Assembly (NCBI RefSeq): GCF_012562765.1
Contig: NZ_CP046226.1
Coordinates: 240,001 to 272,000, forward strand
Length of the DNA stretch: 32,000 nucleotides
Direction: 5' to 3'
Source of the DNA: Candidatus Saccharimonadota bacterium
Lineage (GTDB): Bacteria; Pseudomonadota; Gammaproteobacteria; Enterobacterales; Enterobacteriaceae
Below the pieces are notes generated by a model that was not told where the DNA came from, made no database searches, and saw only the letters and a program-made list of their open reading frames with translations. Shown here piece after piece: positions 19,272 to 28,400 of this stretch. Positions within the stretch are counted from its first letter, which is position 1. Every line of letters begins with the position of its first letter. A program made the position numbers and the translations under genes.

Positions 19272-19535
19272 TTATAATTTTTTCCATTCTTTAATTGTAT
19301 AAGTATGTAATGATAATGCATGAATATCATTTATTAATTCATTAGTTAAAGCATTATATATAGATCTATGACGAGTAATAAAATCTTGATTAATAAAATT
19401 ATCACTTACTATTATAATATTTAAATGATATTTAAAAGATTTAATAACATTATGTACATGATTACTACTATCAATTTTTAAATATACAGGATTAAATATA
19501 GTTTTTAATTTATTTTTTATTTTAATTTGTAACAT
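19272..19535 (-). CDS. bolA: BolA family transcriptional regulator / Fe-S assembly factor
   Basis: The 87-aa ORF has a C-terminal half (IIIVSDNFINQDFITRHRSIYNALTNELINDIHALSLHTYTIKEWKKL) that aligns with the recalled E. coli BolA [27 protein letters not shown]...VHALALHTYTIKEW. It lies immediately upstream of tig as in E. coli. Confidence 0.85.
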   Translation of the reverse strand: MLQIKIKNKLKTIFNPVYLKIDSSNHVHNVIKSFKYHLNIIIVSDNFINQDFITRHRSIYNALTNELINDIHALSLHTYTIKEWKKL

Positions 19536-19578
19536 AATTTTTACTCTATTTATTTAAATATAATTTATTTTAAAAATA

Positions 19579-19605
19579 ACTAATATTTTTATTAAAAATA
19601 TTAGT
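19579..19605 (-). terminator. 27-nt perfect palindrome between suhB stop and bolA start
   Basis: The element actaatattttta-t-taaaaatattagt has 13-nt perfect arms, each with C/G. It lies 70 nt downstream of the suhB stop and 44 nt upstream of the bolA start on the - strand. Confidence 0.3.
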
Positions 19606-19674
19606 CAATAAACAAATAATTTATATAAAAAAATTATAAAAAATCATATTTTAAAATATATTTATATAAATTTA

Positions 19675-20472
19675 TTATTTAATATTTTTTATCTGAGATA
19701 TAACAAATTTAATTATAGTAGAATTTCCAGCTAATATATTTTGTGAATATTTATAATTATAATTTCCTAAAAAATCAGTTATTAATCCTCCCGATTCTTT
19801 TATCATTAGTTCTCCTGCAAGAAATTTATTAAAATTAATTATATCATTACTTATATAACAATTAATTTTATTGGAAGCTAAATATGCTAAATCTAAAGCT
19901 AAAGAACCACTAATACGAAAAGAAATTGAATTTTTTATAAATAATTTAATTAAATTTATATTTATATTTTTATCTAATATAAAATTTTCATTTATAGCAA
20001 ATAATAAATTTTTATTATTTAAATAATTATTACAACGTAATCTATATCCATTTAATTGTGCATCTTGTCCCCTAATAGCTGTAAATAAATCATTTTTTAA
20101 TGGATCATATATTAATGATATTTCTGTTTTATTTTTTATACAAATAGCTATAGAAATTGAAAAATGAGGTATTTTTTTTATAAAATTTATAATTCCATCT
20201 AAAGGATTTAGAATCCATTGAGTTTTATTATATTTAAAAATAAATAATCCTTTTGTATTCAAAACAATAATTTTTTTTGAATATATACTTAAAAAACTTT
20301 GTAAAATAATATTTTTAATATTCTTATTTATTTTTTCTATAAAAATATTAATATTTATTTCTTTATTAAAAATATTTGTTGTTTGTGTTTCATAATTTTT
20401 AATAATAAAATCACCAATTATACGAATTATACGTATAGCAACATTAAGCATTGGACGCATATATTTTCTCAT
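19675..20472 (-). CDS. suhB: SuhB (inositol-monophosphatase-fold protein / Nus-factor partner), catalytic ligands apparently degenerate
   Basis: The ORF is 265 aa. MRPMLNVAIR..., QWILNPLDGIINFIKKIPHFSISIA, IYDPLKNDLFTAIRGQDAQLNGYRLR, SGSLALDLAYLAS, AGELMIKESGGLITDF and ILAGN are collinear with recalled E. coli SuhB (267 aa). By homology the start is probably the second ATG at 20460 (MRPMLN). Confidence 0.85.
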   Translation of the reverse strand: MRKYMRPMLNVAIRIIRIIGDFIIKNYETQTTNIFNKEININIFIEKINKNIKNIILQSFLSIYSKKIIVLNTKGLFIFKYNKTQWILNPLDGIINFIKKIPHFSISIAICIKNKTEISLIYDPLKNDLFTAIRGQDAQLNGYRLRCNNYLNNKNLLFAINENFILDKNININLIKLFIKNSISFRISGSLALDLAYLASNKINCYISNDIINFNKFLAGELMIKESGGLITDFLGNYNYKYSQNILAGNSTIIKFVISQIKNIK

Positions 20473-20573
20473 TAATTATATATAAATTAATAATTTATTT
20501 AATTTTTATTAAAAATAAATAATTTAATATTATAAAAATTAGTTATAATATAATAATATATTGTAATTTTATT

Positions 20574-20599
20574 TAAAAGATATTATAAAATATCTTTTA
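20574..20599. promoter_or_regulatory. Palindrome in the divergent suhB/nfuA promoter region
   Basis: The element taaaagatatt-ataa-aatatctttta has a perfect 11-bp stem with a 4-nt loop and one G:C pair. It ends 24 nt upstream of the nfuA ATG and lies about 100-115 nt upstream of the suhB start on the other strand. Confidence 0.25.
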
Positions 20600-20623
20600 T
20601 TATTAATAATAATAATTAAATTT

Positions 20624-21199
20624 ATGTTAAAACTTACTAGTAAAGCAGAAAAATATCTTTATTATTTATTATCTTTTAAAAAAACAAAACAAATAAGAAT
20701 TAAAATTGTTAATGATCAAAAAAATTCTTTAAAAGGAAATGTTTATTTTTGTGATAAAAAAAAAATAAAGGATACTGATCTTGAAATTAAATTTAAAAAT
20801 TTTTCTATATTTATTGAAAAAAACAATTCCCAGTTATTACAAACAGCAAAAATAGATTTAATTAATGATAATTTAAATAAAAAATTAATATTTACAATAA
20901 CACAAAATAATATAAATAAGAATAATAAGAATTTAATTTCTTTAAAAGAAAAAATAAATTTATTTTTAAAAGAAAAAATTAATCCTAATTTATTAAACCA
21001 TGGAGGATATGTAATAGTAAAAAAAATAACTCAAGATTATTTAGTCATGTTAGAATTTTATGGTGGTTGTAAAGGTTGTTCTATGATTAATAATACTTTT
21101 AAAAATTGGATTGAAAAAGAATTATTAAGTAATTTTATTGAATTAAATGGAGTATTTGATATTACAAAACATGATATTAATCAATTTTCTTTTTATTAA
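20624..21199 (+). CDS. nfuA: Fe/S biogenesis protein NfuA
   Basis: The ORF is 191 aa, the same length as E. coli NfuA. Its C-terminal Nfu domain (INPNLLNHGGYV...FYGGCKGCSM...IEKELL..F.EL.GV.DIT.H....SFY) has an intact CxxC. Confidence 0.88.
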   Translation: MLKLTSKAEKYLYYLLSFKKTKQIRIKIVNDQKNSLKGNVYFCDKKKIKDTDLEIKFKNFSIFIEKNNSQLLQTAKIDLINDNLNKKLIFTITQNNINKNNKNLISLKEKINLFLKEKINPNLLNHGGYVIVKKITQDYLVMLEFYGGCKGCSMINNTFKNWIEKELLSNFIELNGVFDITKHDINQFSFY

Positions 21200-21405
21200 A
21201 AATATTAAAATATTTACTAAAAAATATATATTTTAAATATAATTTTTATAATAATTTTATTATTTTAAATAATTTTATATAAATATAACTTAAAGCTATA
21301 TATTTTAATATAATTATATTATAAATATAATTTATTATTGTTAAAATTAAAATATTTAGCTTTTTTTATTTAAATCAATTAAAATATATAAAAAGAGGAA
21401 TAAAT

Positions 21406-22293
21406 ATGTCAGTAATAGTTCCAGAAAAATTACCTGCTATTAATTTTTTAAAAAAAGAAAATATAAATTTATTAACAAAACCTAAAAATTATAAAAAAAT
21501 ATCTGTATCTAAAAGAATTATTATTTTAAATCTTATGTTTAAAAAAATAGATACAGAAAACCAAATCATTAGATTATTATCTAATTCTCATTTATTAATA
21601 GATTTATCTTTATTAAGTATAAATGATTGTCAATCTAAAAACATAAATTCAATAAAACATATAAAAAAATTTTATTTTACTTTTGAAGAAATTTATAATG
21701 AATATTTTGATGGATTAATTATTACTGGTGCTCCTTTAGGATTAATTAATTTTTCTGAAATTAGATATTGGAAAAAATTTATTCAAATAATAAAATGGGC
21801 ACAAAATCATGTACATTCTATTTTATCAATATGTTGGTCAGTACAAGCAATATTAAATATATTATATGATATGCCTAAAAAAATTAATAAATTTAAATTA
21901 TCAGGAATATTTAAACATAAAATTTTAATTAAAAATAGTTTTTTAACAAAAGGATTTGATGATTATTTTTTTGTTCCACATTCAAGATATGCTAATTTTT
22001 CTACAGATATAATAAAAAAATATACAGACTTAAATATTTTATCTGATTCTGAAAAAGCAGGAGCTTATATTTTAATGAGTAAAAATAAAAAATATATTTT
22101 TATAACTGGTCATCCAGAATATGATGCTTGTACTATAGCAAAAGAATATATGTATGATTATAATATCAATTTAAAACCTTCAATTCCATTTAATTACTTT
22201 CCTAATAATGATGTTTCATTAATTCCTAAAGTTAACTGGAGATGTCATGGAAATTTACTATTTTCTAATTGGTTACATTATTTTGTTTGTTAA
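21406..22293 (+). CDS. metA: Homoserine O-succinyltransferase
   Basis: The ORF is 295 aa. VPEKLPAINFLKKENI, ILNLMFKKIDTENQIIRLLSNS, FDGLIITGAPLGL, the catalytic Cys in SICWSVQAILNILY, PHSRYA, TGHPEYDA and WRCHGNLLFSNWL are collinear with recalled E. coli MetA. It is about 14 aa shorter at the C-terminus. An AAGAGGA SD lies at about 21391-21397. Confidence 0.9.
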   Translation: MSVIVPEKLPAINFLKKENINLLTKPKNYKKISVSKRIIILNLMFKKIDTENQIIRLLSNSHLLIDLSLLSINDCQSKNINSIKHIKKFYFTFEEIYNEYFDGLIITGAPLGLINFSEIRYWKKFIQIIKWAQNHVHSILSICWSVQAILNILYDMPKKINKFKLSGIFKHKILIKNSFLTKGFDDYFFVPHSRYANFSTDIIKKYTDLNILSDSEKAGAYILMSKNKKYIFITGHPEYDACTIAKEYMYDYNINLKPSIPFNYFPNNDVSLIPKVNWRCHGNLLFSNWLHYFVC

Positions 22294-22352
22294 TATAATT
22301 TTATTAAAACTATTAACAAATATTTAAAACTTTTTTAAACAGGATAAAGTTA

Positions 22353-24080
22353 ATGTTAGCTAGTAAATATTTGTTTTTTACATCAAAAATTACAATACCA
22401 AATAATAAAATAAATAGTTATTATTTAATGATAAAATCGGGAATGATTAGGCAATTATCTTCAGGAATATATACGTGGTTGCCAACAGGTTTAAGAGTAC
22501 TTAAAAATTTTAAAAAAATAATACGTAATGAAATGAATAATATAAATTTTTTTGAAATTCTAATGCCTATAATACAACCTAATAGTATATGGGAAACAAG
22601 TGGTCGTATTCATGATTATGGACATGAATTATTTAAGATAATAGATCGTAATAAAAGAAATTTTTTTTTAGGACCTACTCATGAAGAAGTTATTACTTTT
22701 TTAATTAAACATGAAATAAAATCTTATAAAAATTTACCTTTAAATTTGTATCAAATTCAAGTAAAATTTAGAGATGAAATTAGACCACGTTTAGGTGTAG
22801 TACGTTCTAAAGAATTTTTAATGAAAGATGGATATTCTTTTCATATTAATGAAAAATCTTTAAAAGAAACATATAATGTTATATTAAATACTTATAAAAA
22901 AATTTTTGATTTAATTAAACTAAAATATTATGTTGTAGAAGGTGATAATAGTCTTATAGGTGGAAAAATATCTCATGAATTTCATGTATTATCTAATAAT
23001 GGGGAAGATTCTATTGCATTATCAAAATCTGGATATGCGTATAATACTGAATTAGCAAAATTTTTTATTCCTGTAAATTTTAATAACAATAAAAATATTT
23101 TTTTAAAAAAACAATTATTATCAATTAATAAATCAATAAGCTTTGAATATATTGCTAAAAAATTTAATTCATCAACTAATAATATAATTAAAACTATTAT
23201 AATTAAAACTATAGAAAAAAAAAATCCTCTAATTGCGTTATTAATTAGAAGTGATTATCAAATAAATACTAGTAAAATAGAAAAACTAAATAAAAATATA
23301 CTAAAACCATTAAATATATTATCTGAAAAAGAAATAATTAATATTTTTAAAGTTAATAGTTATTCTTTAGGTCCTATAAATTTAAATATTCCAATAATTG
23401 CAGATTATTCCATAATGACTATGAATAATTTTATTATAGGTTCAAATATTCAAAATAAATATTATATTAATATTAATTGGAAAAGAGATTTACCCATACC
23501 AGAAAAAATTCAAGATATTAGAAAAATATGTAATAGAGATTTTACTCCTGATAATAAACATCCAATAATAATTAATAAAAGTATTGAAATAGCTCATATA
23601 TTTCAACTTGGTACAAAATATTCTAATTTAATGAATAATTATATACCAAATATAAAAGGAGAAAAAATTCCTTTACATATGGGATGTTATGGTATTGGTA
23701 TTTCTCGTATAATTGCAGCTTTTATAGAACAAAATCATGATATTCATGGTATATATTGGCCTTATTCTCTTGCTCCATTTAAAGTAGCAATAATACCAAT
23801 TAATATGTATAAATATAGTTTAATTAAAAAAGTATGTTTTGATATTTATCAAAAATTTAATTCTATAGGAATAGAAGTAATTTTAGATGATAGAAAAGAA
23901 CATCCGGGAGTAATGTTTACAGATATAGATCTTATTGGAATACCGCATATTATTATTATTAATAATAACAATATTATTAATAATAATGTTGAATATAAAT
24001 TTAGACAATCAGGAGAACATAATATAATATCTGTTAATTCAATTATTGATTTTATTTTAAATAAAGAAAAATTAAATTAA
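22353..24080 (+). CDS. proS: Proline--tRNA ligase
   Basis: The ORF is 575 aa (E. coli ProS is 572 aa). SGMIRQLSSGIYTWLPTGLRVLKN, LGPTHEEVIT, LPLNLYQIQVKFRDEIRPRLGVVRSKEFLMKDGYSFH and GCYGIGISR identify a class II ProRS with an insertion (editing) domain. An AGGA SD lies upstream. Confidence 0.94.
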   Translation: MLASKYLFFTSKITIPNNKINSYYLMIKSGMIRQLSSGIYTWLPTGLRVLKNFKKIIRNEMNNINFFEILMPIIQPNSIWETSGRIHDYGHELFKIIDRNKRNFFLGPTHEEVITFLIKHEIKSYKNLPLNLYQIQVKFRDEIRPRLGVVRSKEFLMKDGYSFHINEKSLKETYNVILNTYKKIFDLIKLKYYVVEGDNSLIGGKISHEFHVLSNNGEDSIALSKSGYAYNTELAKFFIPVNFNNNKNIFLKKQLLSINKSISFEYIAKKFNSSTNNIIKTIIIKTIEKKNPLIALLIRSDYQINTSKIEKLNKNILKPLNILSEKEIINIFKVNSYSLGPINLNIPIIADYSIMTMNNFIIGSNIQNKYYININWKRDLPIPEKIQDIRKICNRDFTPDNKHPIIINKSIEIAHIFQLGTKYSNLMNNYIPNIKGEKIPLHMGCYGIGISRIIAAFIEQNHDIHGIYWPYSLAPFKVAIIPINMYKYSLIKKVCFDIYQKFNSIGIEVILDDRKEHPGVMFTDIDLIGIPHIIIINNNNIINNNVEYKFRQSGEHNIISVNSIIDFILNKEKLN

Positions 24081-25394
24081 AAAATTTTTATCCCAAAAAA
24101 TAAACGTTTCTTCTTTATTATTAACTCCTTCTAGAGTAATTAAATTATTTTTTAATTCTGCAATAAATATTTCATTGTAAAATAATAATGGAATATTTTC
24201 TCTTTCCCATTCAGGAATACCAAGTTTTTTCCATATATCATGTATATTAATTTTTTTTTTAATATTATTAGAAAAAAAATATTTACCATAAATATAAAAC
24301 TTTATATAAACTATTTCTTTCTCTTTAGGTTTTCTTATTTTAATAGCATTATTCTGATATTTATTTAAAAAAAATAATTTACCTAAATTATTAGGCAGTA
24401 TTAATGGAAATAAAATATTCCATTTATAAATATTATTTTTTAAAGAAAAAAAATTTTTTATACAATATAAGTTAAAATTATATTTTCTAATTTGATAATT
24501 TCCTATTTTTAAATAGGATTTAAATTTTGATTTAGAACAAATAATATCTTTCCATATTATGGATAATATTTTTCTAGAGGGCATTTTACATTGATTAAAT
24601 TCAATCCATTTTCTAATTATAGCATTTCTTTTTACAATACTATATTTATATAAAGGAATAAAAGATAAACTATTATCATATTGTATTAATTCATTCATAA
24701 TAGAACTTAATAATTCTGTTATAAGTTCTTCTTGTTCACGACAAATAGAAGAAGTTTTTAATACAGATTTTTTAAAATAAGGCCATCTATAATTTATTTG
24801 AGGTAATATTATATTACGTAAAAAATTACGATCATATTTATTATTTAAATTACTTTGATCTTCTATCCAAGTTAAATTATTATTTATTGCATAATTTAAT
24901 AATTCTTTACGATTTATATTTAATAAAGGACGAAATAACCGTAATTTATTTATAATATTTATTTGAGGTATACCTGATAATCCTTTTGGTCCACTACCTC
25001 TTTTTAAAAATAATAAAATTGTTTCATATTGATCATCTAAATGGTGAGCTGTTAATATAATTTCTTCTTTTTCAATAAAATTACTAAATATTTTATATCT
25101 TTCTATACGTGCTTTTTCTTCAATATTTCCTTTTTTATTATCTAAAATTATATTTTTACATATAAATGGTATATTCCATTTTTGACATTGTAAAAAACAT
25201 ATTTTTGACCATTTTTTTGAGTAATAATTTAAATTATGATTAACATGAATAGCTCTTAATTTTATACAAGGATATTTTTTACGTAATTTCATTAAATTAT
25301 ATAATAAAACTGTAGAATCTAATCCTCCACTATATGCTATTAATATTTTTTTATATTTATATAAAATTAGTTGTATTTTTTTTTTTAATATCAT
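24072..25394 (-). CDS. tilS: tRNA(Ile)-lysidine synthase
   Basis: The ORF is 440 aa (E. coli TilS is 432 aa). It has the PP-loop IAYSGGLDSTVLL, then HVNHNL and LTAHHLDDQ.ET. It lies downstream of dnaE and convergent with proS, as in E. coli. Confidence 0.88.
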   Translation of the reverse strand: MILKKKIQLILYKYKKILIAYSGGLDSTVLLYNLMKLRKKYPCIKLRAIHVNHNLNYYSKKWSKICFLQCQKWNIPFICKNIILDNKKGNIEEKARIERYKIFSNFIEKEEIILTAHHLDDQYETILLFLKRGSGPKGLSGIPQINIINKLRLFRPLLNINRKELLNYAINNNLTWIEDQSNLNNKYDRNFLRNIILPQINYRWPYFKKSVLKTSSICREQEELITELLSSIMNELIQYDNSLSFIPLYKYSIVKRNAIIRKWIEFNQCKMPSRKILSIIWKDIICSKSKFKSYLKIGNYQIRKYNFNLYCIKNFFSLKNNIYKWNILFPLILPNNLGKLFFLNKYQNNAIKIRKPKEKEIVYIKFYIYGKYFFSNNIKKKINIHDIWKKLGIPEWERENIPLLFYNEIFIAELKNNLITLEGVNNKEETFIFWDKNFLI

Positions 25395-25432
25395 CTTTTA
25401 TATGTAATTTTTATTAATATTTAATTATATAT

Positions 25433-28400
25433 TTATTTGTTAAAATTATAATTTAATTTTAAATCATTTTTTCCTAATATATATTTTAATTTAGTTAATA
25501 AAATATCATTAATTAATACTTTATATATTTGATTATGATATATTTCAATCTTATTATTTTTATAATAAAAATATATAGGAATTCCTTTTATGTTATTATT
25601 TTCAAATAAAAAATTTTTTAATTTTTTTAAAAATTTTTTATTTAAAAATAATCTGTTTTCTTGAATAATAATTGATATACTAAATATATATTTTTTACGA
25701 AATGTTTCAATATCTATTATATTGATTCCTTTAAACTTAAATTTTTTCATAAAATTATCAAAAAAAATTAATCCTTTTATAATAAGAATATTATTTAATT
25801 TTATTAAATGAAAAAATTTATTAAAAAGATCTAATGTTATATTTACTTCTATAATTTTTGTATAATCATCAATGTTAAAAGCTATTATTTTTTTTTTATT
25901 ATTATTAATAATGTAATGTATATTACTAATAATACCTGCTATTTTTAATATAAAAATATGTTTTTTAAAATAAAATGGTATATCTTTTATATAATTAATA
26001 TTAAAAAAATATTTGATTTCTTTAAAATATTCAGAAAAAGGATGACCAGACAAATAAAATCCTAAAGTATTTTTTTCTTTTAAAAGTTTTTCTTTTTTTG
26101 ACCAAATTAAATTTATATCGTTTAAAATATTTTGATCTTTATCAATTAATTTAAACATATCTATTTGACCAGTTTTTTTTATATTTAAATATTGTTGAGA
26201 TATTTTTATAGTATCATCTAATTTATTATATAAAATACCTCTGTTTTGTTTAAAACAATCCATTGCACCAGAAGTTATTAATTTTTTTATAACACGTTTA
26301 TTTATTTTTTTAAAATTTGTATTTATACATAAATCCATTATTGATTTATAAGGACCATGTTTTTTTCTAATATTTAGAATATGATCTATTTGATTTTTTC
26401 CTATTCCTTTAATTGCTCCAAAACCGTATACAATATTTCCTATTTTATTTACATGGAATTCATATATACTAGTATTAATATTTGGTGGTAATAAGTTTAT
26501 TTTAATATTCCAACATTCTTTTACTAAATTAATAATTTTTTCTGTATTATCCATTTCAGATGTTAATACTGCAGCCATAAATTCTGCTGGATAATATACT
26601 TTTAACCAAAGAGTTTGATATGATATCAATGCATATCCTACAGAATGAGATTTATTAAATCCATAAGCAGCAAAATTTTCTAAAAAATCAAAAATTTTCA
26701 TTGATAAAGTAGTATCAATATTAAGTTTTTTTGATCCCTGTAAAAAATAAGATCTTTGTTTAAACATTTCTTTATGTTGTTTTTTACTAATTACTCTACG
26801 TAAAACATCAGCTTTTCCTAAACTATATCCAGCAAGAATTTGAGCTATTTTCATAACTTGTTCTTGATATAAAATAATACCATATGTAGATTTTAATATT
26901 GGTTTTAATTTATCATGCTGCCATTTTATATCTGGATAAGAAATAATTTCTTTACCATGTTTTCTATCAATAAAATTATCAACCATCCCTGATTGTAATG
27001 GTCCTGGACGAAAAAGAGCTAATAAAGAAATAATATCTTCAAAATTATCTGGTTTTAATCTTTTTATTAAATCTTTAATACCTTTAGATTCTAATTGAAA
27101 TATTGCAGTTGTGTTAGCTTTTTTTAAATAAGAATAAATTTTTTTATCATTTAAATTAATAGAATTAATATTAATTAAAATTTTATTTTCTTGTATATTT
27201 TTTTGATTAATAATTTTTAATGCATGATCAATAACAGTTAATGTTCTTAATCCTAAAAAATCAAATTTAACTAATCCAATATCTTCTATATCATCTTTAT
27301 CAAATTGAGTAACTATATTTTCACCTTTACTATCACAATATATAGGAGTAAATTTTGTTATTTTGGAAGGAGATATAACAACACCACCAGCATGTTTACC
27401 AACATTACGAATAGTACCTTCTAATTTTAAAGAAGTATCAACTAAATTTTTTACATTATTATCTAATTTATATAAATTAGATAATTTTTTATTTATAATA
27501 AAAGCTTTTTTTAAATTAATACCAACATCTAAAGGAATTAATTTTGAAATACGATTAACAAAATCATAAGGATATCCTAACACTCTTCCAACATCTCTAA
27601 TTACTGCTTTAGCTGTCATAGTACCAAATGTTATTATTTGAGATACTTTTTCATAACCATATATATTTTTTACATGTTCAATAACTAGATCTCTTTTTTC
27701 CATACAAAAATCAATATCAAAATCAGGTAAAGATATCCTTTCAGGATTAAGAAATCTTTCAAAAATTAAATTAAATTGTATAGGATCTATATTAGTAATA
27801 TATAAACAATAAGCAACTAATGATCCAGCTCCTGAACCTCTAGCTGGTCCAATAGGTATATTATTATCTTTAGACCATTGTACAAATTCCATAACTATAA
27901 GAAAATAACTAGGATAATTCATTTTATTAATAATATCTAATTCTTTTAATAGTCTTTTTTTATATTTATTTTTTTTATAATTTCTTATTTTAATATCAGG
28001 AAATAAAATTTTTAAACGTTTTTTTAAACCAATTTTTGATTGTGTAATAAGTAAATCTTGATTATTTATATGATTATTAAATATAGGTAAAAAATATTTT
28101 CCTAATGTCAAAATAACATTGCATCTTTTAGATATTTCTATACTATTTTCCAATGATTCAGGAATATCATAAAATAATTTAGACATTTCTTCTGCACTTT
28201 TAAAAAATTGTTCAGAACTATAATTAGACTTTTTTTTAAATTGATTTAAAGTACATCCCTTATTAATAGATACACGAATTTCATGAGCAAGAAAATCTTT
28301 TTTATTTAAAAAACAAACTTCATTTGTTGCAACAACTGGTAAATTAAAATCACTAGCTATATTTAAAGCTAAATATATATATATTTCTTCATTAATACGA

